Assembly (NCBI GenBank): GCA_030583805.1
Contig: CP129476.1
Coordinates: forward strand, 1,030,657-1,094,656
Length of the DNA: 64,000 nucleotides
Direction: 5' to 3'
Origin: Patescibacteria group bacterium
Lineage (GTDB): Bacteria; Patescibacteriota; Patescibacteriia; SG8-24; DYFX01
Shown: positions 9,695 through 19,358 of the stretch, piece by piece
Layout: the number at the start of each line of letters is the position of its first letter
Position numbering within the stretch: the stretch's first letter is position 1
Position numbers and translations under genes: made by a program
Notes under the pieces: generated by a model
Told to the model about the DNA's origin: nothing
The model's input: the letters and a program-made list of their open reading frames with translations, nothing else
Databases searched by the model: none

Positions 9695-10294
9695 ATGACT
9701 CCACGCCGCCGCGCCATCCTGATTATCGCGCTCGCCGCGCTCCTGCTCGGCGTGATTATCGTTGTCATCATTCTCGTGCGCCGCGCGGTGCCGAGCGCGC
9801 AGCCGCCGGCCGCCCAGCCGGTCGCGGAAGCGCCGACGCCGGAACAAGCCGCCGCCGCCGCGATCATCCAGAATCCCTTGGCGCCCGCCGTTACCGAGCC
9901 TGTCGGCCGCACGGCCGCGGCGCAGATGGGCGAGCTGTTCGCCGAGCGGTACGGCAGCTACTCGAACCAGGGCGACTACCAGAACGTGCGCGATCTTCTG
10001 CCCGTGATGACCGCCAAGTACCGCGCGCAGACGGAAGCGATGCTCGAAGACGTCGAACCGCAGCGCGAGCAGACGTTCGAGGGCGTGACGAGCGTAAAGA
10101 TTTCTTCCGAAGTGCGTTCCTATAACGAAGCGGCGGGCACCGCGGTCGTGGCCGTGACGCTTCAGCAAGAGAAAGTTTCCGGCGTCACGACGACGGTCGG
10201 GTACCGCACGCTCCGCATGGAATTGAAGCGGGAGGGGCAAGACTGGCGCGTCGACGCTTCACGCTGGGAGAATGAATTGACACCGATCAACTGA
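9695..10294 (+). CDS. Membrane-anchored periplasmic protein, possible VirB8/PrgL-like (NTF2-like fold) component
   Basis: Single N-terminal TM (ILIIALAALLLGVIIVVIILV), Pro/Ala linker, ~120 aa globular domain. Position immediately after VirB4. Assignment by context only. Confidence 0.3.
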   Translation: MTPRRRAILIIALAALLLGVIIVVIILVRRAVPSAQPPAAQPVAEAPTPEQAAAAAIIQNPLAPAVTEPVGRTAAAQMGELFAERYGSYSNQGDYQNVRDLLPVMTAKYRAQTEAMLEDVEPQREQTFEGVTSVKISSEVRSYNEAAGTAVVAVTLQQEKVSGVTTTVGYRTLRMELKREGQDWRVDASRWENELTPIN

Positions 10295-10314
10295 ATACCG
10301 TAGGACGCGCCCGT

Positions 10315-10968
10315 ATGTTCGGGCGCGTTTTTGATTTTCTCTTCCCGTTGGAGTGCATCGCCTGCGGCGCTTCAGGAGCGCATGCCTGCCGCGCGTGCCT
10401 CGCGAGCGTACCACTCGCGCCGCAAAGTTGGCGTTTGCCGGAGCTGCGCGCTTCGGCCGCTTTCGCCTACGGTCATCCGTTCGTGCGGCGGCTGCTGCAT
10501 GACGTGAAGTTCGAGCGCTGGACGTGCGCGCGTCCGGCTTTAGAGGCGCTGGCCGGACGATGGGCCGTGAAAGTCGGAAAGGGTTTTTGTCCTCCGGAAA
10601 CGGTCGTCGTGTCCGTGCCGTTGCACGCGAGAAAGCTTCGCGAGCGCGGGTTCAATCAAGCGGCGTTCTTGGCGGACGGCATCGCCGCCACGCTCGGTTT
10701 GCGTCGCGGCGACGCGTGGCTCTCCCGCGTCGTTCGCACGCGGCCGCAAACCGAAGCCGAGAACCGCGCGCGCAACGTGGTGGGCGCGTTTCATGCGCAG
10801 TCGTCCGTTTCGATGCGCGGACGGCCGGTTTTGCTCGTCGATGACGTCTGGACGACCGGCGCTACGATGCGGGAGTGCGCCAAGGCGTTGCGGCAAGCGG
10901 GCGCGGGGCAGGTGTTCGGTTTCGCCCTGGCCTGGGGGAGGGGAGAAAAAGAAAAGCTCCGCAGGTAG
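10315..10968 (+). CDS. comFC: ComF family protein (phosphoribosyltransferase-like competence protein ComFC)
   Basis: N-terminal Cys4 zinc finger (CIACG...CRAC), then PRTase-type fold with LLVDDVWTTGATM motif. Confidence 0.8.
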   Translation: MFGRVFDFLFPLECIACGASGAHACRACLASVPLAPQSWRLPELRASAAFAYGHPFVRRLLHDVKFERWTCARPALEALAGRWAVKVGKGFCPPETVVVSVPLHARKLRERGFNQAAFLADGIAATLGLRRGDAWLSRVVRTRPQTEAENRARNVVGAFHAQSSVSMRGRPVLLVDDVWTTGATMRECAKALRQAGAGQVFGFALAWGRGEKEKLRR

Positions 10969-10978
10969 CGGAGCGCGG

Positions 10979-11365
10979 TCAGGGCTTGCGGTCGTTGTGC
11001 TCGGGCGAAACGTACCGTTCCTCCGTGAGACCGATCAGGATCGTGTCGGCTTGGGCGCGGCCTTCGTGCATGACGCCGAGGGGGACGAGCAGTCGCTTCC
11101 CGGGCACCAGTACGAACTCGTTCGTCTCGTCGCCGCCGAGCGCGGTGAGCTTGAATGTGACTTGGCCGCGCAGGACGAAGAACAGCTCGCCGTACAGGTG
11201 ATAGTGCCTGCCCAGCACGATGTGCTCGCCCTGCTTCACCTCGGCCACCTTCACCTGCGCCGCCCCAGAGAAGCCGCGGACGTCGCCGTTGAACGGCGCA
11301 TAGAGCTTGCGACGGTGATCTTCGTGGCCTTCCGGAATATCTTCGAACACGACGCCATCGATCAT
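10979..11365 (-). CDS. Cupin-domain protein
   Basis: Beta-rich ~128 aa protein with cupin-like His pattern (HYHLYGELFFVLRGQ). RBS AAGGGAGGA lies 7 nt upstream of the second ATG (start chosen there). Confidence 0.45.
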   Translation of the reverse strand: MIDGVVFEDIPEGHEDHRRKLYAPFNGDVRGFSGAAQVKVAEVKQGEHIVLGRHYHLYGELFFVLRGQVTFKLTALGGDETNEFVLVPGKRLLVPLGVMHEGRAQADTILIGLTEERYVSPEHNDRKP

Positions 11366-11466
11366 CGGCATTCCTCCCTTCGGACGGGGCAAGAATAGCA
11401 GAAACGACCCAAAAGTCAACGCCCCGGTTTGCTTTCCCGCCGTTTTTGCGTAGGATGATGGAGCGT

Positions 11467-11554
11467 GGAGGGGTGGCCGAGCGGTTTAAGGCAGCGGTCT
11501 TGAAAACCGCCATTCCGCAAGGAATCGTGAGTTCGAATCTCACCCCCTCCGCCA
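11467..11554 (+). tRNA. tRNA-Ser (anticodon TGA), type II with long variable arm, CCA encoded
   Basis: Cloverleaf derived by hand: acceptor GGAGGGG/CCCCTCC, anticodon loop CTTGAAA, T-loop TTCGAAT, 3' GCCA. Confidence 0.85.
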
Positions 11555-11563
11555 GAGATTTCC

Positions 11564-11809
11564 ATGAAAAATTGGCACACCTACATCGTACGCTGCGCCG
11601 ACGGGAGTTTGTACGTCGGCATCACCACGGATCTCGAGGCGAGAATGTTGAAGCACAATGAAGGGAAGGGCGGAGCCTATACGCGCAGCCATAGGCCCGT
11701 CGTTTTGGTTTGGCATGAGACTGCTTCCTCCGAGTCGGCAGCGCGGAAAAGGGAAGCGGAGCTAAAGAAGTGGCCGAAGGCGAAAAAGGAGGAACTTGCC
11801 GGGGGATGA
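11564..11809 (+). CDS. GIY-YIG nuclease family protein (small stand-alone URI-domain protein)
   Basis: [18 protein letters not shown]...R...H motif typical of the GIY-YIG domain. 81 aa. Located 9 nt downstream of tRNA-Ser. Confidence 0.85.
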   Translation: MKNWHTYIVRCADGSLYVGITTDLEARMLKHNEGKGGAYTRSHRPVVLVWHETASSESAARKREAELKKWPKAKKEELAGG

Positions 11810-11894
11810 TGCCCCCCTTTGCCCTCTTGGCGCAGGCGAGGTATACTCCTGGCGATTTAAAATTAATCGATTCACTGAAGCTTTTTTATTTTGT

Positions 11895-14800
11895 ATGGTT
11901 ACGCTGAAGAAATCGAAAATTGTCCGTTTTTTGAGCGGTGTCGCCGTTGCGCTCCTGCTCGCCGTCTCTGCAAATACTATCCACACCCCTTCCGCACAGG
12001 CGGAGGTGCCGGACTTGGTTACGCATCTCAAGTTTGATAACGACGCGACCGACTCGGTGGGGGATAACGACTTCATTCTTCGCGGCACGACGAGCTTCAG
12101 CACGCAGGTTGCGCCCGTCGCGGGCAACGTCGCTTCGCTTCAGATCGGCGGAGTCGAGTCGCAGGCGCTCGGCGGTTGGGCTTTCTTCGACGGCTGGACG
12201 GGCGGCAGTCTCGCGTATTGGTTGCGCATCGATAGCGCAACAGCGCAGACATGGCCTGAAGGAAGCACGCGCGACTTGCTTTTCAAATACCAGATTCTTC
12301 AAACGAAAATCGTGAAGAACGCGGGTCAGCTCTGGCTCGTGACGACGCACGGCGACGGTACGTCGTTCGGCTCGAACACCTGGGTGACTTCCACGACCCC
12401 GCTTCCGGTGGACGCGTGGGTTCATGTCGTCACCACGCATACGGGCACGACCGCTTCCATCTACCTCAACGGCCAAGCGGCGGGTTCTGGTGACACGAAT
12501 AAAACGCTCGGCATCGCAAGCAGCGACATTTTCGAGATTCATCCGTACGACGGCGGTTTCGCCGGCCTGATCGATGAATTCCAAGCGTACAACCGCGCAA
12601 TCACGCAGGCTGAAGCGTCGGAATTGGCGGGAGGCGGCGGCGCTCCGACGACATTCACGGTTACGGCTTCCGCCGGCGCGAACGGTGCGATCACTCCGTC
12701 CGGCTCGGTCGTCGTGAACAGCGGCGCCAACCAGAGCTTCACGATCACGCCGAACGGCGGCTACCAGGTCGCGGACGTTTTGGTTGACGGCGTCTCGCAG
12801 GGTGCCGTTACGAGCTACACCTTCACGAACGTCACGGCCAACCACACGATCTCGGCTTCGTTCTCGGCGATTCCTCCGACGAACTACACGATCACCGCGA
12901 GCGCCGGCACGGGCGGTTCGATCACGCCGAGCGGTTCCGTTTCCGTATCCTCCGGACAGACCCAGGCCTTCACGATCACGCCGAACGGCGGTTATCAAAT
13001 CGCCAATGTCCTGGTGGACGGCGTTTCCGTCGGCGCGGTTTCGAGCTACGTTTTCTCGAACGTGAACGCCAACCACACGATTTCGGCGTCCTTCTCGACG
13101 GCGACGCCGCCGGAAGGCACGTTCCAGCTCGACGACCAATACATCACCGGACTCGCCAGCCCGACCGCGATGGCGTACGCACCGGACGGCCGCTTGTTCA
13201 TCACCGAACAGGCCGGCGCCGTGCGTATCGTCACGCCTGAAGGGCAGCTGCTCTCGCAGCCGTTCCTGGTCACGACCAACATGCGCAGCGATGAAGAGCG
13301 CGGTCTCTTGGGCATCGCCTTCGACCCGAACTTCACGACGAACAACTACGTCTACATCTTCTACACCGAGAACTCGCTCGGCGCGCGCCTCAGCCGCTTC
13401 ACGGCCAACGGCAACGTCGTCGTTCCGGGCAGCGAAGTCGTCCTGCTCGAGTACTACAACATCTCCGGCAACCATCGCGGCGGCGACGTGCACTTCGGTC
13501 CGGACGGCAAGCTGTACCTCGCTCTCGGCGACGCCGGCGAACCGCTCGAGTCGCAGTCGGTCACGACCTACAACGGCAAGATCCTTCGCTTGAACAGCGA
13601 CGGTTCGATTCCGAGCGACAACCCGACGACCTTCGTGGATAGCTCGGGCCAAACCTTGACTCCGGCCGGCCCGTACCGCGCCATCTGGGCGATGGGCCTC
13701 CGCAACCCGTACCGCTTCTCCTTCCACGCCACGACCGGAAAGATGCACATCAATGACGTCGGCGCGGGTCTTTGGGAAGAAGTGAACGTGGGCCAGGCTG
13801 GACGCAACTACGGCTGGCCGACCTGCGAAGGCTACTGCACGAGCCCGAATCCGAACGTTCAGGATCCGATCTACGTGCATGAGCGCGGCATCGAAGGCTG
13901 CGCCATCACGGGCGGCGCTTTCTACACGGGCAGCCAGTTCCCGGTCGAGTACCACAACGACTACTTCATCATCGACTACTGCAGCACCTGGCTTCGCTAC
14001 CTGAATGCGTCCGACGACGCTCAGGCGACGTTCCCGCTCTCGATCCCGATGTTCTCGGTCGACCTGAAGACCGCGACGGACGGCAGCCTTCTGATCGCCG
14101 GACACGGTTCCGGCACGATCTCCCGCCTTTCCTTCGTGAGCAGCAGCTCGAACAGCAATCCGGTCGCAAGCGCCTTGGCTACTCCGACGTCCGGACCTTC
14201 GCCGCTCTCGGTGTTGTTTGACGGTACCGGTTCGACGGATCCGGACAACGATCCGCTGACGTACAGCTGGGCGTTCGGCGACGGCGCAACCGGCACTGGC
14301 GCGACCGCAAACCACGTCTACGCGACGGGCGGCGCCTACACGGCCGTCCTGACCGTCACCGACGGCAACGGCGGCTCCGACACGGACAGTGTCCTGATTT
14401 CGGTCGGCGCTCCGCCCTCGGCCTCGATCCTCACGCCTTCCATTGGAACGCTCTACACGGCCGGCGATACGATCGCGTTCTCCGGATCGGCCACCGACCC
14501 GGATGATGGTGTCCTGCCCCCGAGTGCCTTCAGCTGGACCGTCGTGTTCCATCACGATGCGCACACGCACCCGCACCTCGGCCCTCTGACCGGCGTCGCG
14601 AGCAGCACCTTCACGATCCCGACGTTCGGCCACACGGAAGAAAATGTCTGGTACCGCATCAACCTGACAGTGACCGACTCGGCCGGCCTCCAGGCGACGG
14701 CATCGCGCGACGTCTATCCGCGCAAGGCGAACGTCACGCTTGATTCGAATATTCCGGGCACGCAGGTGCTTCTCGACGGCTCGCCCGTCGCGACCCCGTA

Positions 14801-15620
14801 CACGTTCGTCGGCGTCGTCGGTGTGCAGCGCACGATCGGCGTCACCTCGCCGCAAACGATCGGGGGACAGGGGTATGAATTCGGTTCCTGGTCCGACGGC
14901 GGCGCGCAGAGTCACACGATCGTGACGCCGAGTGCGACCACGACGTACGCCGTCGCCATGAATGTCCAAACGACGCCGACCTTGCCGGACCCTTCCCTTC
15001 ACTGGAAATTCGACAACAGTGAGATTGAAGAAGTCTTGGGCACGACGACGGTTCCGCGTGGAACGATCGTCTACACGACCGATACGGCGCCGACCGCCAG
15101 CGCAAATGCTGGCGCGGTCCAATTCAACGGAGCGGTTGGCACCTACTATGCGACGAACGGCACGAACATCCTGAACGCCTGGCCGGCCGCGACGAGCTCG
15201 GTCTGGGTGAAAATCACCGCCGCAACCGCCAATAGCTGGAACAACAACAGCTACCACGCCTTGCTGTTCAAATACCGCACGTTCCAGACCCGCATCCAGA
15301 AGACCTCGACGGGCTTGAAGTTCGTCGCCACGCATAGCGACGGCAGCGCACCCTTCAACACGCACATCACGTCGACAACTTCGATTCCGACCGATACCTG
15401 GGTCAACCTCGTGACGGTGCATGAAGGCACCACACTCACGATGTACATCAACGGCCAGCTGGCCGGCAGCGGCTCGACCGGCAGGACGTTCGGCGGCGCC
15501 AACACCGAAGGCCTTGACATCATCGGTCACGGCGGCAACTACACCGGACTGCTCGACGATCTCCGCTTCTACAACACCGCCTTCACCGAGGCGCAGGTAC
15601 AGCAGATCCCGCTGCAGTAA
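11895..15620 (+). CDS. Giant secreted multidomain protein: signal peptide, LamG/ConA-like lectin domains, InlB-type B-repeats, PQQ-dependent glucose/sorbosone-dehydrogenase-like beta-propeller, PKD domain
   Basis: Signal peptide [28 protein letters not shown]. Repeated ~75-aa [18 protein letters not shown]...[12 protein letters not shown] modules. SGDH-like propeller motifs ([30 protein letters not shown]). PKD-like segment ([28 protein letters not shown]). LamG-like N- and C-terminal domains. Confidence 0.7.
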   Translation: MVTLKKSKIVRFLSGVAVALLLAVSANTIHTPSAQAEVPDLVTHLKFDNDATDSVGDNDFILRGTTSFSTQVAPVAGNVASLQIGGVESQALGGWAFFDGWTGGSLAYWLRIDSATAQTWPEGSTRDLLFKYQILQTKIVKNAGQLWLVTTHGDGTSFGSNTWVTSTTPLPVDAWVHVVTTHTGTTASIYLNGQAAGSGDTNKTLGIASSDIFEIHPYDGGFAGLIDEFQAYNRAITQAEASELAGGGGAPTTFTVTASAGANGAITPSGSVVVNSGANQSFTITPNGGYQVADVLVDGVSQGAVTSYTFTNVTANHTISASFSAIPPTNYTITASAGTGGSITPSGSVSVSSGQTQAFTITPNGGYQIANVLVDGVSVGAVSSYVFSNVNANHTISASFSTATPPEGTFQLDDQYITGLASPTAMAYAPDGRLFITEQAGAVRIVTPEGQLLSQPFLVTTNMRSDEERGLLGIAFDPNFTTNNYVYIFYTENSLGARLSRFTANGNVVVPGSEVVLLEYYNISGNHRGGDVHFGPDGKLYLALGDAGEPLESQSVTTYNGKILRLNSDGSIPSDNPTTFVDSSGQTLTPAGPYRAIWAMGLRNPYRFSFHATTGKMHINDVGAGLWEEVNVGQAGRNYGWPTCEGYCTSPNPNVQDPIYVHERGIEGCAITGGAFYTGSQFPVEYHNDYFIIDYCSTWLRYLNASDDAQATFPLSIPMFSVDLKTATDGSLLIAGHGSGTISRLSFVSSSSNSNPVASALATPTSGPSPLSVLFDGTGSTDPDNDPLTYSWAFGDGATGTGATANHVYATGGAYTAVLTVTDGNGGSDTDSVLISVGAPPSASILTPSIGTLYTAGDTIAFSGSATDPDDGVLPPSAFSWTVVFHHDAHTHPHLGPLTGVASSTFTIPTFGHTEENVWYRINLTVTDSAGLQATASRDVYPRKANVTLDSNIPGTQVLLDGSPVATPYTFVGVVGVQRTIGVTSPQTIGGQGYEFGSWSDGGAQSHTIVTPSATTTYAVAMNVQTTPTLPDPSLHWKFDNSEIEEVLGTTTVPRGTIVYTTDTAPTASANAGAVQFNGAVGTYYATNGTNILNAWPAATSSVWVKITAATANSWNNNSYHALLFKYRTFQTRIQKTSTGLKFVATHSDGSAPFNTHITSTTSIPTDTWVNLVTVHEGTTLTMYINGQLAGSGSTGRTFGGANTEGLDIIGHGGNYTGLLDDLRFYNTAFTEAQVQQIPLQ

Positions 15621-15629
15621 ATCGGAAAA

Positions 15630-15661
15630 GAAAAAAGACCCGTTCATACGGGTCTTTTTTC
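15630..15661. terminator. Bidirectional intrinsic terminator
   Basis: AAAAAAGACCCGTTCATACGGGTCTTTTTT, a perfect GC-rich hairpin flanked by A and T runs. Lies between the giant gene and a convergent tRNA. Confidence 0.65.
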
Positions 15662-15662
15662 G

Positions 15663-15753
15663 TGGCGGAGGGTGTGGGGATCGAACCCACAAGACCAGTT
15701 GCCCGGTCGCAGTTTAGCAAACTGCTGCCTTACCATTCGGCGCAACCCTCCGC
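15663..15753 (-). tRNA. tRNA-Ser (anticodon GCT), type II
   Basis: Reverse complement folds with acceptor GCGGAGG/CCTCCGC, anticodon loop TTGCTAA, long variable arm, T-loop TTCGATC, CCA. Confidence 0.8.
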
Positions 15754-15916
15754 GTCGCTTACCGGCCTCGCTTCCGCAAGAACGCGCTCCGCGGTTCTTG
15801 CTCTCGCTCGGCCGCCGCTCCTCCTGCTCGCTGCGCTCGCATCATTCGGACGCCGGTAGGGCAGGGAGAGCTCGTGGCAGCCCTATCCTACGGTATTTAA
15901 AAAGCCTTGTAAAGCG

Positions 15917-15925
15917 TGGTATACT
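15917..15925 (+). promoter_or_regulatory. Extended -10 promoter element TGGTATACT; start codon 9 nt downstream (leaderless or near-leaderless)
   Basis: TGnTATACT motif. The ATG of the downstream gene lies at 15934. Confidence 0.45.
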
Positions 15926-15933
15926 GTCCCCAT

Positions 15934-16452
15934 ATGGCGGATGAATTGCTCGAAAGCGGTGCGGAGGCCGGCGTGCCCTACTACGGCGAGGAGGTCTTCG
16001 GCTGGATGGTCGACGAGTACGAACGGCACGAACGCGGGCCGATGTGGTACGCGATCGCCTTTTTGATCGGCCTTAGCTTCGTCATGTACGCGATCATCAC
16101 GCGCAACTTCCTTTTCGCGGTCATCGTGATCATGGCGGGCGTGATCGTCGCCCTTTCGGCCATGCGCGAACCGCAGAAGATCCCGTTCCTGATCACGACG
16201 CGCGGCGTGGCGCTCGGCCACCAGTTCGTTCCGTTCAAGGATCTCCGGAGTTTCTGGATCCTCTACGAGCCGCCGCACACCAAAAATCTCTACGTCGATT
16301 TCCGCAGCTCGGTCACGCCGCACCTCGTCATCCCGCTCGGCGAGCAGGATCCGGTCGAGTTGCGCCAGGCGCTGCTCGAATTCCTGGGCGAGAACGTGAC
16401 GCAGGAAGAGGAACCGCTCACGGACGTGCTCGGACGCTTCCTCAAGATCTGA
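15934..16452 (+). CDS. Hypothetical membrane protein
   Basis: Two to three TM helices (YAIAFLIGLSFVMYAIIT, LFAVIVIMAGVIVALSA). Start set at the ATG after the -10 element rather than the ORF-track ATG, which overlaps the -10. Confidence 0.45.
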   Translation: MADELLESGAEAGVPYYGEEVFGWMVDEYERHERGPMWYAIAFLIGLSFVMYAIITRNFLFAVIVIMAGVIVALSAMREPQKIPFLITTRGVALGHQFVPFKDLRSFWILYEPPHTKNLYVDFRSSVTPHLVIPLGEQDPVELRQALLEFLGENVTQEEEPLTDVLGRFLKI

Positions 16453-16465
16453 AGTTGGAGAAAGC

Positions 16466-16492
16466 AAAAACAGCGGGTAAACCGCTGTTTTT
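16466..16492. terminator. Bidirectional intrinsic terminator
   Basis: AAAAACAGCGGGTAAACCGCTGTTTTT. Confidence 0.6.
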
Positions 16493-16495
16493 GCA

Positions 16496-16572
16496 TGGTG
16501 CGACCGAGACGATTCGAACGTCTGACCTCAACCTCCGCAGGGTTGCGCTCTATCCAGCTGAGCTACGGTCGC
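16496..16572 (-). tRNA. tRNA-Arg (anticodon read as GCG)
   Basis: 77-nt cloverleaf: acceptor GCGACCG/CGGTCGC, D-stem GCTC/GAGC, anticodon stem CAACC/GGTTG with loop CTGCGGA, T-loop TTCGAAT, ACCA end. Confidence 0.75.
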
Positions 16573-16616
16573 CGACTACTCGCACAGCCTACCCCATGAG
16601 CCCCGGCCTGTCAACC

Positions 16617-16625
16617 TGCTATACT
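16617..16625 (+). promoter_or_regulatory. Extended -10 element TGCTATACT upstream of recG (ATG 11 nt downstream)
   Basis: TGnTATACT motif; implies a leaderless or very short leader recG mRNA. Confidence 0.4.
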
Positions 16626-16635
16626 GCCGCTATCT

Positions 16636-18663
16636 ATGGGACTTTCACCCGAATTGCCGATCTCCAAGCTGGGCGTCCTGGGCGCCCGCCTGGCCAAACC
16701 CCTGCGCGCCATGGGGCTGCTTACGGCCGGTGACCTGCTCCGCTATCTGCCGTTTCGGTACGAGGACTTGAGCCGAACCGTGCCGCTCGCCGGGCCGTCC
16801 GACGGCCTGGTGACGGTCCGGGCCAGGATCGACCTTATCCGCACGCGCCGCTCTGCCCGCCAAAACATGCTGCTGACCGAAGCGACGATCTCCGACGAGG
16901 TCGGGAGCGCCAAGGTCGTCTGGTTCCGCCAGCCGTATATTTCGAAAGTCTTGAAACCGGGCGACCGCGTGTTGTTGTCGGGAAAATTGGAATCGAAACC
17001 GTGGGGTTTGGAGATGGTGAGTCCCGCGTACGAAAAAGAGCATGCGGGCGCACCGGTGCATACGGGCCGCCTGGTTCCGGTGTATTCCATTTCCGGAGCC
17101 CTGACCACCAAGCAGATCCGCGCCGTGCTGCATCTCGCGCTGCCGGCCGCCGACGCTCTCGAAGAGACGCTCCCTGATTTCCTGCTCGCGCGCCACGGGC
17201 TGGAGCCGCTCGGTTCGGCGCTCCGAAAAATCCATTTTCCAGAATCGATGGAAGACGCCGAAGTCGCCGACCGCCGGTTCCGTTTCGAGGAGCTGTTCTT
17301 CTTCCAGCTGCGCGGCGCCTGGGCTCGCCGGGCGCTTGAGCGGAAGCGCGCGCTGGCCGTGCCGTTCGATCAGGCCGCCATCCGCGACTTCGTGGCTTCG
17401 TTGCCGTTCGCGCTGACCGACGACCAGAAGCGCGTTGCCTGGAGAATCCTGCAAGATCTCGAAGCGGGCCGTCCGATGCAGCGCCTGGTGGAAGGGGACG
17501 TCGGCAGCGGCAAGACAGTCGTCGCGGCCATGGCGATGTACGCCTGCGCCCTGGTCGGCTACCGGAGCCTGCTCATGGCGCCGACGGAAATCTTGGCCGA
17601 GCAGCATTACGCGACGATCTCGCGCCTCTTGGAGGGCACGCCGTTCCGCGCTGCTCTCCGCACGGCCTCGCGCAAGGAAGCACATGAAGACGCCTCGATC
17701 GTCGTCGGCACGCACGCCCTTCTGACGAAAGGCTTCCTGCCGAAATACGTAGCGCTCGTCGTCGTCGACGAGCAGCATCGGTTCGGCGTGGGGCAGAGGC
17801 AGACGCTGCTTTCGAAATTGCCGGACGGAGAAAAAGAGGAAATCCCGCACTTTTTGTCGATGACCGCCACGCCGATTCCGCGCTCCTTGGCGCTCGCGCT
17901 GTACGGCGACGTCGATTTTTCCGCGCTCCGCCAGATGCCGCCCGGCCGCCGTCCGGTCGAGACCTCCTTGATCGGGGAGCGGGACCGTGCCGCGATGATG
18001 GCGCATGTGCGCGCTGAGGCCGCCCACGGCCGCAAGACGTTCGTCGTCTGCCCGCTCATCGAGGCTTCCGATACGCTCGGTGTGAAGTCGGCCGAAGAAG
18101 AAGCTGAACGGTTGCGTGTGGAATTGTCGGGGCTCGAGATCGGGCTTTTGCACGGGCGCATGAAGTCGGATGCCAAGCGCGAGATCATGGAACGCTTCGC
18201 CGGGGGCGATCTGCACGTGCTCGTCTCGACGACGGTTATCGAAGTCGGCGTCGATGTGCCGATGGCCACCACGATGGTCATCGAAGGCGCCGAGCGTTTC
18301 GGCATGGCGCAGTTGCACCAGCTGCGCGGCCGCGTCGGCCGTTCGTCGCTTCCGTCGCGTTGCTACCTGGCCCCTTCGCACGGCGCGCCCCAGGTGATCG
18401 AGCGTTTGCGCGCCTTCGTCCAGGCCAAGGATTGTTTCGAATTGTCGGAACTCGACCTGCGCTTCCGCGGCCCCGGCAGCCTGTTCGGCGAAAGCCAATC
18501 CGGTTTTGCCGACCTGCAGCGTTTTCGTCCCGGCGACGCCGCCTTGATCGAAGAAACGCGCGAAGCCGTCCGCGCGCTGACCGAAGCCGATCCGGACCTC
18601 GAAGCGCATCCGCTTTTGAAAAAGAAAATCTCGGCTGAAGCCGAGAAGGTGCATTTGGAATAA
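16636..18663 (+). CDS. recG: ATP-dependent DNA helicase RecG
   Basis: Wedge domain, helicase motifs I (GDVGSGKT) and II (DEQH), RecG-specific C-terminal region. 675 aa. Confidence 0.9.
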   Translation: MGLSPELPISKLGVLGARLAKPLRAMGLLTAGDLLRYLPFRYEDLSRTVPLAGPSDGLVTVRARIDLIRTRRSARQNMLLTEATISDEVGSAKVVWFRQPYISKVLKPGDRVLLSGKLESKPWGLEMVSPAYEKEHAGAPVHTGRLVPVYSISGALTTKQIRAVLHLALPAADALEETLPDFLLARHGLEPLGSALRKIHFPESMEDAEVADRRFRFEELFFFQLRGAWARRALERKRALAVPFDQAAIRDFVASLPFALTDDQKRVAWRILQDLEAGRPMQRLVEGDVGSGKTVVAAMAMYACALVGYRSLLMAPTEILAEQHYATISRLLEGTPFRAALRTASRKEAHEDASIVVGTHALLTKGFLPKYVALVVVDEQHRFGVGQRQTLLSKLPDGEKEEIPHFLSMTATPIPRSLALALYGDVDFSALRQMPPGRRPVETSLIGERDRAAMMAHVRAEAAHGRKTFVVCPLIEASDTLGVKSAEEEAERLRVELSGLEIGLLHGRMKSDAKREIMERFAGGDLHVLVSTTVIEVGVDVPMATTMVIEGAERFGMAQLHQLRGRVGRSSLPSRCYLAPSHGAPQVIERLRAFVQAKDCFELSELDLRFRGPGSLFGESQSGFADLQRFRPGDAALIEETREAVRALTEADPDLEAHPLLKKKISAEAEKVHLE

Positions 18664-18713
18664 TGTCTTGACAAAACGTCATTTTTAGCCTAGCTTTGCC
18701 GCGAGGAGGTGTC

Positions 18714-19358
18714 ATGACGTTATCCGCAAAACCGCCCATCCTGGCAATCTTGTCGGACTTGGTGCAAGTCGTCGTCGACGAGGGCGACAACTGGCCGACG
18801 GCGCATCGTCTGGCCGAATATGCGGAGGTGGACGCGCAATCGATCCATCGCCACATGTTCGTCGATCATCCGGAGGTCTTCGGGGAGTACACCAGAGGGC
18901 GCATGACGCACGAGGCCTATCGCGCCCGGATCGTGGCGGAACTCGGCTTGCGTTGTACGGATGCGCAGTTCGACGCGGCCTTTTCCGAAGTGTTCGAGCC
19001 GATCGCGCCGATCGTCGCCTTGTGGCGACGCCTGCGCGCCGAACGCATCCGGCTCGTCGCCGCCTCGAACATCGAAGCGCATCGCTACGCCCGGTTGCGC
19101 ACGATGGGGATCCACGATCTTTTCGACGCGCACTGCCTTTCGTTCGAGATCGGCTGGAGCAAGCCGGCACCCGAATTCTTCAAGCGTGCCGTAGCGTTGG
19201 CGCGCGTTCCGGCATCTACGGCGCTGCTCGTCGACGACCGTCCGGCTAACGTCGAAGCCGCAATCCAAGCCGGCATGCACGCGATCCTCTACGACAAAGG
19301 CGATCACGCCGCGTTTGTCCGCGATCTCGAGATGCATGCCTTGATCCCGTCTCCCTGA
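18714..19358 (+). CDS. HAD-superfamily hydrolase
   Basis: HAD motifs (DD near C-terminus: LLVDDRPANVEAA). RBS GGAGG. Own promoter-like TTGACA-17-TAGCTT at 18668-18701. Terminator at 19357-19383. Confidence 0.6.
   Translation: MTLSAKPPILAILSDLVQVVVDEGDNWPTAHRLAEYAEVDAQSIHRHMFVDHPEVFGEYTRGRMTHEAYRARIVAELGLRCTDAQFDAAFSEVFEPIAPIVALWRRLRAERIRLVAASNIEAHRYARLRTMGIHDLFDAHCLSFEIGWSKPAPEFFKRAVALARVPASTALLVDDRPANVEAAIQAGMHAILYDKGDHAAFVRDLEMHALIPSP

Noticed and set aside
11886-15692. 1268-aa minus-strand ORF; similar long antisense ORFs at 16645-18654, 48979-52278, 2819-4273, 4408-5919, 25877-27574 and 30251-33049
   Set aside because: Arg/Ala/Gly-rich, low-complexity translations lying antisense to genes with clear conserved motifs (dnaE, recG, clpC, and others). 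This is the typical high-GC shadow-ORF artefact.
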